A stretch of DNA of 64,000 nt from an uncultured virus (IMG/VR IMGVR_UViG_2871731064_000001) (Duplodnaviria; Heunggongvirae; Uroviricota; Caudoviricetes), in the IMG/VR virus record IMGVR_UViG_2871731064_000001; one strand, written 5' to 3'. Shown piece by piece: positions 25,444 to 34,584 of this stretch. The translations under genes were made by a program, and so were the position numbers. Every line of letters begins with the position of its first letter. Position 1 is the first letter of the stretch. The notes under the pieces are model-generated. The model did no database searches. It saw only the letters and a list, made by a program, of their open reading frames with translations, and was not told where the DNA came from.

Positions 25444-26718
25444 ATGTCCAAAGTTAACTGGGATGACCACAGAAAAGCCTTCATCGAGCAGAAGGCGCAG
25501 AGCGGGATAACCGTCAAAGAGTACTGTGAGCACTACGGTCTGCCGTTTAACACCGCACGCCGGGAGCTGAACGGCAAGGCGCTGGCCGCAATGAGTGATC
25601 AGGCTGGTGATCACAATCATGATCATTCGAGTGATCACGCTTCTGATCATCAAAATGATCACACCAGAAAAGAAGACCTGATCATCCGCCGAAAAGGGCG
25701 AAAAGTCAGGCACAGCGAGGCTTTAGAGGGTGTGCTGGAACCACGCGCTGACACAGCAGCGCAGCCTGGCGCGAAGAAAAAGCCCAATGCTTCACATGCC
25801 AAAAAGATCATAAATGCCGGTGATCAGGATTCCGGGCGCCCGAAGCACATCCCTAAGCCCCGTGGGGAAGGTAAACCCTTTGAGGAAGGGCATGAAACTA
25901 AGCTGGTGGCCAACCGGCGCGGCTACCCGCGGCCGGAAGATTATGAAGCGGCTTTAGAGGTGCTGGGCGAGGGCGTGGAGGCCAGCGCCATGACGGTGCT
26001 GTTTGACTCGCTGGCCCACATGGACCTGCTGAAGCGCACCACGGCGCGGGCGGTAGAGCTGTTTGAGCTCGAAGCCGACAACCTGGAGAGCGGTGGCAAA
26101 AAGGGTGATGACGAGGGCGGCGGCGGGCCTCACCCTATCCTGAAAATGACCAAGCTGATGATTGAAGTCGGCTATCTGGTTAATGACCACGCTACGCGGG
26201 TGGCGGCGATCGCCAGCGGTACTGATAAGAACCGGCGCGACAATGAGAAGCATGCGCTGACGCATAACGCCGGTGAGGTGATCAGCCGTGCCTACCAGCT
26301 GCGCGAGGAAAAGGACTGGGACTTACTCCAGACGGCAGAGTACATCGAGCGGCACGGTATCAAGCTGCCGGAGTCGCTATCCCGACGCCTTGAGAACGAG
26401 CTCAAGAACGCCGAGCCGCCAGTTGATGAAACCGGGGCGGTTACTGAAGACCAGCTGGATCGGGATGCGAGGAAGTTCCGCGAACAGCAGGCCACCAGCG
26501 CAGCCTTTGTAGAGGAACGGCGTGCAGCAGTCGCGGCGCTGGTGGATGGTGGTGGATTTGGTGACGTTCAGGCGGACGGAGAGAACCGCGCCGGCGAAAC
26601 GGCGGGCGAGGGTAATCTGAATGGCAACTTTGACTATATGGCCACGGCGGAGCTGTATGGCGATGACGACGATATACCGCCTGAGATAGACGTCATTCCG
26701 GGCGAGGATGAAGCCTGA
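25444..26718 (+). CDS. pacA: Pacase small subunit
   Basis: N-terminal HTH (W..H…T.KEYCE.YGL.FNTARR); contains the pac array; coupled to pacB. Confidence 0.88.
   Translation: MSKVNWDDHRKAFIEQKAQSGITVKEYCEHYGLPFNTARRELNGKALAAMSDQAGDHNHDHSSDHASDHQNDHTRKEDLIIRRKGRKVRHSEALEGVLEPRADTAAQPGAKKKPNASHAKKIINAGDQDSGRPKHIPKPRGEGKPFEEGHETKLVANRRGYPRPEDYEAALEVLGEGVEASAMTVLFDSLAHMDLLKRTTARAVELFELEADNLESGGKKGDDEGGGGPHPILKMTKLMIEVGYLVNDHATRVAAIASGTDKNRRDNEKHALTHNAGEVISRAYQLREEKDWDLLQTAEYIERHGIKLPESLSRRLENELKNAEPPVDETGAVTEDQLDRDARKFREQQATSAAFVEERRAAVAALVDGGGFGDVQADGENRAGETAGEGNLNGNFDYMATAELYGDDDDIPPEIDVIPGEDEA
25596..25826. repeat. pac site, TGATCA (Dam site) array
   Basis: TGATCA at 25596, 25608, 25620, 25632, 25644, 25656, 25679 and 25821, inside pacA as in P1. 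Confidence 0.85.
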
Positions 26719-28229
26719 TGGGTGGCCAGAAGCGAATTAAGAGCGTCACCACGGACCCGCGCTGGCGCGATATGGTTATCCGGTACCGCTATAATTGGGC
26801 GCTGGCCGTCGTTGAGCTGTTTGGCATGATCCCCACCTGGCAACAGGAAGAGATCATGAACTCCGTCCAGGAGACCGGGAGCCAGACTACCGTAACGTCC
26901 GGACACGGTACCGGTAAATCATCACTGACGGCCATGATGCTGCTTATCTACATGATCATGTATCCGGATGCCCGCGTAATCATCGTGGCCAACAAAATCG
27001 GGCAGGTTAAGACCGGCGTATTCAAGTATGTGAAAACCTACTGGGCGAACGCCGCCAGACGTCACCCGTGGCTTCAGAACTACTTCACCCTGACCGATAC
27101 CATGTTTTATGAGAAGTCGCGTAAGGGCATCTGGGAGGTGCTCTGTAAGGGCTATCGTCTGGGTAATGAGGAAGCGCTGGCGGGTGAGCACGCCGCACAC
27201 ATACTGCTGATCCTTGATGAGGCGTCGGGTATCTCTGACAAAGCGATCGCCATCATGCGTGGTGCGCTGACAGAAGACGATAACCGCATGCTGATGATGT
27301 CACAGCCCACTCGCCCCAGTGGTTACTTCTACGACTCGCACCATTCGTTAGCCAGACACCCGGATAACCCTAACGGCTTCTGGAATGCCATTGTGCTCAA
27401 CTCCGAAGAAGCGCCGCACGTAACCCTGAAATTCATCCGGGAGAAGCTGGTGGAGTACGGCGGGCGCGATTCACTGGAATACATGGTGAAGGTGCTGGGC
27501 CGCTTCCCGCGCAACGTCAGCGGCTATCTGCTGGGGCGTGACGAGTGCGATCGCGCAGCACGCCGGAAAGTGTTTCTTGAGAAGGGCTGGGGCTGGGTTG
27601 CTACCGCTGACGTCGGTAACGGGCGTGATAAGTCGATACTCAACATCTGTAAGGTATCCGGGTATGGTGATGCGCGCCGCGTCGTGTCGTTTAAGCTGGT
27701 GGAAATGCCAGGCACAATGGACCCGATCTCATTCGGTGACTACATCGCCAATGAATGCACTCAAGAGCGCTATCCGGGCATTACGATTGCGGTGGATGGT
27801 GACGGCGTGGGATCGGGTACGCTTAAGCAGCTGGAGCGCCGGGGTGTGAATGCAGTCAGTATCCGCTGGGGCCAGCCGCCATTCAGTAAGAAGGTGAGGG
27901 AGCGCTTTAAGAATCAGCGCGCCTGGTCGAACATTATGGCCGCTGACGCGATCCGGTCGGGCCGTATGCGCATTGATATCTCGCAGCACACGGCAGAGCA
28001 GGCTTCAAAGATTCCGTACTTTATGGATGAAATGGGCCGTATCATGATGGTACCTAAGCCGCAGATGCGCCAGAAACTTAACATCAAGTCGCCTGACCGC
28101 TGGGATACCTACTGCTTCATCTTCCTGATTGGCTACCGTCCGGCAGAGGCCGAACTGAGCGAAGATATGGCTGACTTCACACAGAGTAAGCTGGATGAAC
28201 TGTCGGAACTGGATGCACTGCTGACATGA
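26718..28229 (+). CDS. pacB: Pacase / terminase large subunit
   Basis: SGHGTGKS Walker A, LILDEAS Walker B, ADVG and SPDRWD nuclease motifs. Confidence 0.93.
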   Translation: MGGQKRIKSVTTDPRWRDMVIRYRYNWALAVVELFGMIPTWQQEEIMNSVQETGSQTTVTSGHGTGKSSLTAMMLLIYMIMYPDARVIIVANKIGQVKTGVFKYVKTYWANAARRHPWLQNYFTLTDTMFYEKSRKGIWEVLCKGYRLGNEEALAGEHAAHILLILDEASGISDKAIAIMRGALTEDDNRMLMMSQPTRPSGYFYDSHHSLARHPDNPNGFWNAIVLNSEEAPHVTLKFIREKLVEYGGRDSLEYMVKVLGRFPRNVSGYLLGRDECDRAARRKVFLEKGWGWVATADVGNGRDKSILNICKVSGYGDARRVVSFKLVEMPGTMDPISFGDYIANECTQERYPGITIAVDGDGVGSGTLKQLERRGVNAVSIRWGQPPFSKKVRERFKNQRAWSNIMAADAIRSGRMRIDISQHTAEQASKIPYFMDEMGRIMMVPKPQMRQKLNIKSPDRWDTYCFIFLIGYRPAEAELSEDMADFTQSKLDELSELDALLT

Positions 28230-28298
28230 CCACCAGCGGGCAACCACTATAGTCAGTAACTGCTTAACAACCAGGCGAAGCGGCAGATTGACGGCAAT

Positions 28299-28323
28299 AA
28301 AAAAGGGCGCATAAGCGCCCTTC
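28299..28323. terminator. Intrinsic terminator between pacB and c1
   Basis: AAAAAGGGCGC-ATAA-GCGCCCTT. Confidence 0.7.
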
Positions 28324-28352
28324 TGTTTTCATTGCTGGTGGCACGATACTGA

Positions 28353-29435
28353 TTATTCTTGGCCCTGCTTTTTCTGATTACTTTCTAACTCACGCAGCAA
28401 AGTGTACATATTGCGCATGTTTTTACCGGCGCGAGGCTCTTCACCACCGTAACGCTTACGAATTTCCGGCATAGTCAGCTGTTCTGTATCGCCAGCTGCC
28501 ACTTTCTTATCAAGAAGGCTCCAGTCATAGGCCTCCAGCTTTTCCAGCAGGTCGCGGTTTTCGTCGATTTCAGCCTTAAACAGACGCGCTTCCTGTGCGT
28601 CTTTTGCCTTCGCAATCTTAGCCTTTGCCCGGTTTTCAAACTGAGCGCGGCGCGTATTGACGGTGTAGGCAACTGAGGACCGCTGCGCCGCCAGGGTTTT
28701 GCTGTATTCTACGTCTTCCATCGTGTACAGCTTGGCATTAGGCAGCACTGAGCATGTGACTGGAGAGATCGCATCATAAGCGGACGTGTAACCGCCGTTG
28801 CTGTTAACGTTTAGCTTAATGTCGCGCTCTTTATTCAGGTTGTCGCCGTAGATAAGCATGCCGTGCGCGCCATACCGGAACGATTCACCTTCGTCTTTCT
28901 TGTCGTCGGTGTAACGCGCCGTTATCTGAATGTCAGAGTAGTTGCTGGTGCGTGCGCGGTACATTGCGCCAGGCGCGGCCTCTTCAAATACCTTTTTCTC
29001 ATCCTCCAGCGACATGATGGCACCGGCAGCAAACGGAACCTTGCGCAGCTTGCCGATCTGCTTCTCATAACGTCTGAGGATATCTTCGCGTGTGTGGTTC
29101 GCGGTCGCAGTGGCGCGGAAGCGGTTAATGGTGACGTGCTTAGGATTAACTATCAGGGTCGGAACTGGCAGATAGAGGTTCGTGGTGATAGCGATAGAAC
29201 GCGCTTTACGTTTCTCTTCTGCCAGGTCAGCAAAACTCTGCCAATCGGCCAGCAGGTGCTCGGCGCGCTGGAAGGCTTTCTTGTCAGTGATAAACCCGAT
29301 TGGACGGCATTCTTCACCCAAGGCGTTTTTATCAATGAAAATCTGGTGGTCCGTAATGAGAGTTAGCCACTCGGATTGTACCTGTAGAAAATGTTTATAA
29401 CGCTTCTCAAATTCTACATCGCTGAAGTTAGGCAT
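28353..29435 (-). CDS. c1: C1-like primary repressor
   Basis: PVPTLI and YDAISPVTC…PNAKLY.MEDVE match P1 C1 segments; lies between pacB and lox; start moved to the ATG at 29435. Confidence 0.8.
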   Translation of the reverse strand: MPNFSDVEFEKRYKHFLQVQSEWLTLITDHQIFIDKNALGEECRPIGFITDKKAFQRAEHLLADWQSFADLAEEKRKARSIAITTNLYLPVPTLIVNPKHVTINRFRATATANHTREDILRRYEKQIGKLRKVPFAAGAIMSLEDEKKVFEEAAPGAMYRARTSNYSDIQITARYTDDKKDEGESFRYGAHGMLIYGDNLNKERDIKLNVNSNGGYTSAYDAISPVTCSVLPNAKLYTMEDVEYSKTLAAQRSSVAYTVNTRRAQFENRAKAKIAKAKDAQEARLFKAEIDENRDLLEKLEAYDWSLLDKKVAAGDTEQLTMPEIRKRYGGEEPRAGKNMRNMYTLLRELESNQKKQGQE

Positions 29436-29821
29436 AATGTATTCCAAAAATATTAATGAGCGGTACAAGTCTCTCTGGACTTAATGCAGGCGAATATAGA
29501 CAGAATCAGTAGCCATGTAAAATTAACTCTCCTTAGAATTGCAATAATAAGAATAGTCTGCATTGTGCATCTGTCAGATATTTCCGCTGTACACGCTTAT
29601 CAATGAAACTGTGTGTTCAGGGTTATGTGACTACGACCAGGCGCAGCGCGCCCAAGGCAATAGCCTCAACTGATAATAGTAACTACTTGCAATCAAATTG
29701 AATGCCAAATGATCATATATGAAGGCATGCTTGCGATCACGAACAATAGCGTAACGAATTTGCAAATTTTTCGATTTAGTTACTCCTTAAGCCAGCATTC
29801 ACCCGATTAGTTCCAAAAAAT

Positions 29822-29855
29822 GAAACTTTAAATAATAAGCCTTATATAAAGTTTC
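29822..29855. other. lox-type recombination site (pox-like)
   Basis: GAAACTTTAAATA-ATAAGCCT-TATATAAAGTTTC, 13-8-13 layout, upstream of the recombinase. Confidence 0.9.
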
Positions 29856-30045
29856 CCCTGTTTCATGTATGCTTGATCAGTGGTTGATGATCAAATGATC
29901 AGATTGGAGGAGCCGCTGGCAATCTGCGCACTTTGTGAGCGGTTTTGAATCAGGCGTCGCTACGTGAAATCTGGCGTATCACACCCCTGCTGTTTTTGTA
30001 GATTTCGCGTAGCGTTGTCTCTCTGATTTGGGATGAAATATATAA

Positions 30046-31077
30046 ATGAAACATCTGGCTCAAATAAAGACCGGCACTCTCCCGGCTGAATTAACGCATT
30101 TAACTCCGGAGGACATTGCTAATAACCTGCGGAGATTCATCGCAGATAAGGCCGCTTATTCCGAGAATACTTTCCGCGACCTTTTATCTGTCATCCGTCG
30201 CTGGGCCTTCTGGTGTAGCGAGCGTGACGTTGGCTATCTGCCGATCGACCCTGAGCTGGCGCGGGAATACTTTCTGGATATGGCAGAAAGCGGCCTGGCA
30301 TCGAGCACGATCGACAAGCACTATGCCATGATGAACATGCTATGCCGGGAAAGCGGCCTGCCAGATCTCCGGGGAAGCGTGGACCTGAAACGCTCAATGA
30401 AACGCATCCGCCGCGAGGCCGTTCTGCAGGGTGAGCGTACCGGCCAGGCTGTGCCATTTCGCCTGCCGGACCTGCAGCTGCTGTCGCACCTCATGGGCCG
30501 CTCCGAACGGCTGACCGATCAGCGCAACTTGGCATTCCTGTTTGTCGCCTATAACACCCTCTGCCGAATGTCCGAGCTCAGCCGCATCCGGGTGCGCGAT
30601 CTGGATATCAGCGACAGTGGCCATGTGGTGATTAATCTGTCACATACCAAAACTATGGTGACGGCCGCGGGCGTGATAAAGCACCTCAGCCGTGCCGCTG
30701 CCGGTCATCTGTTGCACTGGCTGGACCTTTCCGGAATGATCCACCATCCGAATGCGATGGTTTTCGGGCCGGTCCGCCATAACAATACGGCTGGCGTGTC
30801 TGAAAAACCTATGTCGGCACCGGCTACCGAGAAGATTTTCAAAGACGCATGGGATCTGCTGGGTAAAGACCCGGTGCAGGATAACAAAGGGCGTTATACA
30901 AAATGGTCCGGTCACAGCGCCCGTGTTGGTGCGGCGATGGACATGGCCGAACGCGACGCAACGATTACCCAAATCATGCAGGAAGGCACCTGGCAGGATC
31001 CGAAAACCGTTATGCGCTATCTGCGCCGCTCTGAAAGTCAAAAAGGTAAAATGTCGGGGATACTGGACGGAGAATAG
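30046..31077 (+). CDS. cre: Cre-family tyrosine recombinase (Dre/Panto-like)
   Basis: AYNTLCRMSELSRIRV, TKT, WSGHSARVGAA.DMA, W….VMRY; 343 aa. Confidence 0.93.
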   Translation: MKHLAQIKTGTLPAELTHLTPEDIANNLRRFIADKAAYSENTFRDLLSVIRRWAFWCSERDVGYLPIDPELAREYFLDMAESGLASSTIDKHYAMMNMLCRESGLPDLRGSVDLKRSMKRIRREAVLQGERTGQAVPFRLPDLQLLSHLMGRSERLTDQRNLAFLFVAYNTLCRMSELSRIRVRDLDISDSGHVVINLSHTKTMVTAAGVIKHLSRAAAGHLLHWLDLSGMIHHPNAMVFGPVRHNNTAGVSEKPMSAPATEKIFKDAWDLLGKDPVQDNKGRYTKWSGHSARVGAAMDMAERDATITQIMQEGTWQDPKTVMRYLRRSESQKGKMSGILDGE

Positions 31078-31170
31078 AGAATTAAGTTTATCGAAATCTA
31101 AAGAAATAATAATTGTAACGGTAATAATTATCCCCCACAATTCAGGCCGTCCCGCACCCTGCGATTACCG

Positions 31171-31503
31171 ATGGCCAGAGAAAAAATCTTACTGACACGA
31201 ACGTTTACCGTTGAGGCCCACCAGCTGAACTTCACCGCCATCGAGCGCGGCGGAGTTGTGCTGGTGGAGTTCAGCGTTAATACCCTCTCTGAAGCCGTTC
31301 CGCTGCTGACCCTCGATAAACCCTGGCGCGACCGACACAGCGCCTGCTATTACGTGGAAAACATCACCGACCGCGCCGCAAATAAACTACTGGAGTATTA
31401 CAGAAGTGAATTTGCCGCGTTTGTTGGGCTGGTGGACGATGCTTTCACCCGGCAGGAAACCAACACCTTAAGCAGCCGGGAACGGCTCTTTGCGGGGAAA
31501 TAA
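31171..31503 (+). CDS. Hypothetical phage protein
   Basis: First gene of a coupled operon; operator half-site GAAATCTAA upstream. Confidence 0.65.
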   Translation: MAREKILLTRTFTVEAHQLNFTAIERGGVVLVEFSVNTLSEAVPLLTLDKPWRDRHSACYYVENITDRAANKLLEYYRSEFAAFVGLVDDAFTRQETNTLSSRERLFAGK

Positions 31504-31961
31504 TGTCTGTTACCGGCAACGTCGTTAACTTCTTTGTCGCAGTGGCTATGGCTCACGACGTCTCTAACCCTATCGGCACTTATTCCAGCGGCTCCTACGT
31601 CGATTCCTGCACCGGCCAGTACTGGGGCGAGGAAATATTCCGGCATCCCAAAACCGTCGCATCCCTCGTTAAATCCGGCGCGATCGAGTACGCACGCGAT
31701 CCGGATCAGGGCGAAATTATTCGCTTTGAAGACCGGCGTGAAGTGCTCAGCGAGTTTGCGCGTGGCTATGCCGATGCAGAAGACGGCCAGTGTACGGAGG
31801 AAGGGGCGATTGATTCCGGCGTGCCGCATGCCTACCTGTCAGGCGCGCAATTCTATCGCAGGCGCAACCGGCTGGGCGGCATGGCTTTCAGGCTCGATCA
31901 AGGGCGTATGTGTCACGGCGTGGTGTGCGTGGATACGGGCGAGAAATGGACTCAGGACTAA
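31503..31961 (+). CDS. Hypothetical phage protein
   Basis: TAATG coupling to the previous gene. Confidence 0.65.
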   Translation: MSVTGNVVNFFVAVAMAHDVSNPIGTYSSGSYVDSCTGQYWGEEIFRHPKTVASLVKSGAIEYARDPDQGEIIRFEDRREVLSEFARGYADAEDGQCTEEGAIDSGVPHAYLSGAQFYRRRNRLGGMAFRLDQGRMCHGVVCVDTGEKWTQD

Positions 31962-32072
31962 AGAAAAAGGGAACCATCACTGGCTCCCTTATTCCGTTCA
32001 ATCAATCAGGTTCAAACGTTAACCACTGGATGTAGGTATCCGAAATAAACCATTGGCAAGGATAACAGAACT

Positions 32073-32564
32073 TTGAAGCGCCTTTTACCAAAACTTAAAA
32101 TTTTTCGCGCCCGCTATCCGGAGACAGCCTCAGCTGTGCTGCTGCTGCTGAAAGATGAGCGTATCGCCACGCGCCGCCGCTTTACACGCGCCCTGCCTGA
32201 CACGTCTACGCACGTCATCCGGGGAACGCTGCTGGACCTGCAGAAGAATGGGCTAATCACGCGGTCTATTGACAACGAGTACACCCTGGCAGTGTCTGCC
32301 GCGTATGCCACCAGCCTGATGCCCCTGAAGATGGGGAAGATTGAAGAATACATTCTGATGCTGCTCAACCAGCACCGGTACATCACCGCCAGAAACGTGC
32401 GTCAGGAATTTGATGTAAGTCACTCCCTCTTCCTGCAGTCAGTTAAGAAACTCATTGCCCGTGGGCTGGTGGAATACACAGACGTTCCCCTTTATGAAAA
32501 CTCTGTCCGCAAGCGCCGCCATTACACCTTTAAATCACCGGAGAAAAGCCATGCCACAAGTTAA
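32073..32564 (+). CDS. Protein with tandem winged-HTH domains
   Basis: Two L..L…GL(I/V) wHTH-like repeats; AAGGA RBS. Confidence 0.6.
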   Translation: MKRLLPKLKIFRARYPETASAVLLLLKDERIATRRRFTRALPDTSTHVIRGTLLDLQKNGLITRSIDNEYTLAVSAAYATSLMPLKMGKIEEYILMLLNQHRYITARNVRQEFDVSHSLFLQSVKKLIARGLVEYTDVPLYENSVRKRRHYTFKSPEKSHATS

Positions 32565-33147
32565 GATCAAACGCCTCACCCCTGATGCAGTACTGCCGTT
32601 CCGAGGTTCAGACGGCGCTGCTGCGTGGGATATCACCGCGCTGGACGTGAAACTCAACGTTGTACAGACGCCAGGCGCGGCACGCCAGCCGCGTGCATGG
32701 TGGATCACAACCGGGCTGGCCGTGGAGATTCCGGCAGGCTACTGCATGAAGATTTATCCCCGCTCCGGGCTGGCGGCGAATAACTTCCTGCGCCTGGCAA
32801 ACAACGTGGCCATCATCGACAGCGATTACCGTGGCGAGATCAAACTGCGCATGATTGCCGATGAAGGTGGCGAGTTCATTGAGCCAAAAGCCGGAATGGT
32901 AATTGCGCAGGCAATGATCGAGAAAGTCGAGCCTGTCACCTGGAAAGAAGTCGATGAGCTGTCAGAAACCGTCCGGGGCGATAACGGCTTTGGCTCCTCT
33001 ACATCGGTTCAGGCCGATCCGACGCCGACAGAGGACCATACGGCCACTACCTCGGCAGAGTTGCAGGAGACAGCAGCAACTGAAGAGCCAGCAGCGACCG
33101 ATACCACCAGCAGCACCTCCACCAGCAAAAAGACCACAACCAAATAA
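32551..33147 (+). CDS. dut: Trimeric dUTPase with a low-complexity C-terminal tail
   Basis: AAAWD, PRSGLA, IIDSDYRGEI, IAQ and RGDNGFGSS motifs; GGAG RBS before the ATG at 32551. Confidence 0.92.
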   Translation: MPQVKIKRLTPDAVLPFRGSDGAAAWDITALDVKLNVVQTPGAARQPRAWWITTGLAVEIPAGYCMKIYPRSGLAANNFLRLANNVAIIDSDYRGEIKLRMIADEGGEFIEPKAGMVIAQAMIEKVEPVTWKEVDELSETVRGDNGFGSSTSVQADPTPTEDHTATTSAELQETAATEEPAATDTTSSTSTSKKTTTK

Positions 33148-33156
33148 GGCCCGATC

Positions 33157-33951
33157 ATGACCAGATACATTATCAATAAAGAAACCGCGATTGAGCTGAA
33201 CGATAAGGGCGAGATCCTTCCGCAAGATGTGGAGATTGCGCTGTTGGGCGCGCTGGGTTTTGAGCCGCAGAACGTTGAAGGCGTGACAGTGTGGGTTAAC
33301 AAAAACGATCGCTTCTGGCTGTTACACCAACAAGAACTGCCGGAAGATGCCGCCAGCCGCCAGGATGCTGTGAACTCTATCAACGAAAAAACCGGCGCAT
33401 TGCCCCTCGCGCCGACGCTTGATAACAGCTTTGCGCAACTACTCATGCGTCAGATCGCTATGAATGCAACTGGCGAGGCATTTGTGGACGGTTCGCTGGC
33501 GGGCTCATGGCGCGTGGAGACAATCAGCCGTTTCAGGCCATATGACGTAAAACTACACGGCTTGCTGGCCGGTAAGCTACAGCCAATGAGCGTGTCACAT
33601 CCCTCACTGCCTCTGGCAGTTTGCCTCCTGTTCCTTCAGGCAATCGGCGTTGGCCAGCGTGCTTATGTGTACATCCCGGACGGCGCAGAAGCAGAGCCGC
33701 AACTGCTCTACATTACCCCGGAGAATGAAATTGGCCTGAAGCAGCTGGTGTCTGAAACGAACCTGTTCCGTGTTGAAGGCCTCGATAAATACGCGGTTAT
33801 CGGGCTGGATGAAGACATGGTGAAAGAGGCTACCGAAAAGGCGCAATTACAGCGCACTATTCTGCTGGCAAAGATGAAAGCCGACGTCCCACAGCCTGAG
33901 CCGGAGCTGGTGGCCGCAGCGGCAACGGCAGAACCGCAGAAAGCGGAATAA
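33157..33951 (+). CDS. Hypothetical phage protein
   Basis: 264-aa ORF in operon with dut. Confidence 0.7.
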   Translation: MTRYIINKETAIELNDKGEILPQDVEIALLGALGFEPQNVEGVTVWVNKNDRFWLLHQQELPEDAASRQDAVNSINEKTGALPLAPTLDNSFAQLLMRQIAMNATGEAFVDGSLAGSWRVETISRFRPYDVKLHGLLAGKLQPMSVSHPSLPLAVCLLFLQAIGVGQRAYVYIPDGAEAEPQLLYITPENEIGLKQLVSETNLFRVEGLDKYAVIGLDEDMVKEATEKAQLQRTILLAKMKADVPQPEPELVAAAATAEPQKAE

Positions 33952-34088
33952 AAGGCGTTAATACCTGCCAGAATTAGCGGGTTAAAGTGTTTCAGGCTGG
34001 CGCTGAAATAGCTTGTATAAATCTAAGGGTTTGGTAATTTACATACCGGATGTTTCTTGCTTGATGTTGCCATTAGCCTTTGCTCTCC

Positions 34089-34114
34089 AAAGCCCCTTAA
34101 CCGGGGCTTTTTTT
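34089..34114 (+). terminator. Intrinsic terminator
   Basis: AAAGCCCC-TTAACC-GGGGCTTTTTTT. Confidence 0.75.
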
Positions 34115-34204
34115 ATGCCTGTTGATACGCGGCAGGCATAACGTCTGTTGCGTCTTATACTCATGTCAGGAGCTATATAGCGCAGATGAGAATGGAGCAT
34201 TGCA

Positions 34205-34582
34205 ATGGCCTTTCAGAGCCCCGCCCAGAACTACACTGAAACGCGCCTGAACCTGGGCGATTTGGTATATCTTTCCCCCTACTCAACCTATCTGATGCGC
34301 AGCGAGTCCGACTGCCCTGGCACCGGGATCGTCAAAGGGTCCGTGCTGGCCATCGATCGCGCCCTGACGCCGGCACACGGCCAGCTTATCGTGGCGGAGT
34401 TTGACGGCGAGCTGACGCTAAGGCGGTTACTGCTCAATCCGGTTCCCGCTCTACAAGCGCTGGATGCGGACGAGACTGTAACGCTGCTCGATGTGAGCCA
34501 GGCGCTTCCTGTGTGGGGTGTAGTGGCTTATGCCTTAACGGATGTGGCCGGGATCGGCTTTAACGGACCCGCTGGAGAGTAA
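34205..34582 (+). CDS. humD: HumD / UmuD'-like Pol V accessory subunit (pre-cleaved form)
   Basis: Starts at MAFQSPA, the cleavage-site position; S24 fold lacking the catalytic Lys (LTLRRL). Confidence 0.8.
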   Translation: MAFQSPAQNYTETRLNLGDLVYLSPYSTYLMRSESDCPGTGIVKGSVLAIDRALTPAHGQLIVAEFDGELTLRRLLLNPVPALQALDADETVTLLDVSQALPVWGVVAYALTDVAGIGFNGPAGE

Positions 34583-34584
34583 GC

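Noticed and set aside
29440..29820. coi (C1 inactivator) gene upstream of c1
   Set aside because: No convincing ORF with an RBS seen
34115..34204. LexA box upstream of humD
   Set aside because: Best candidates do not fit CTG-N10-CAG
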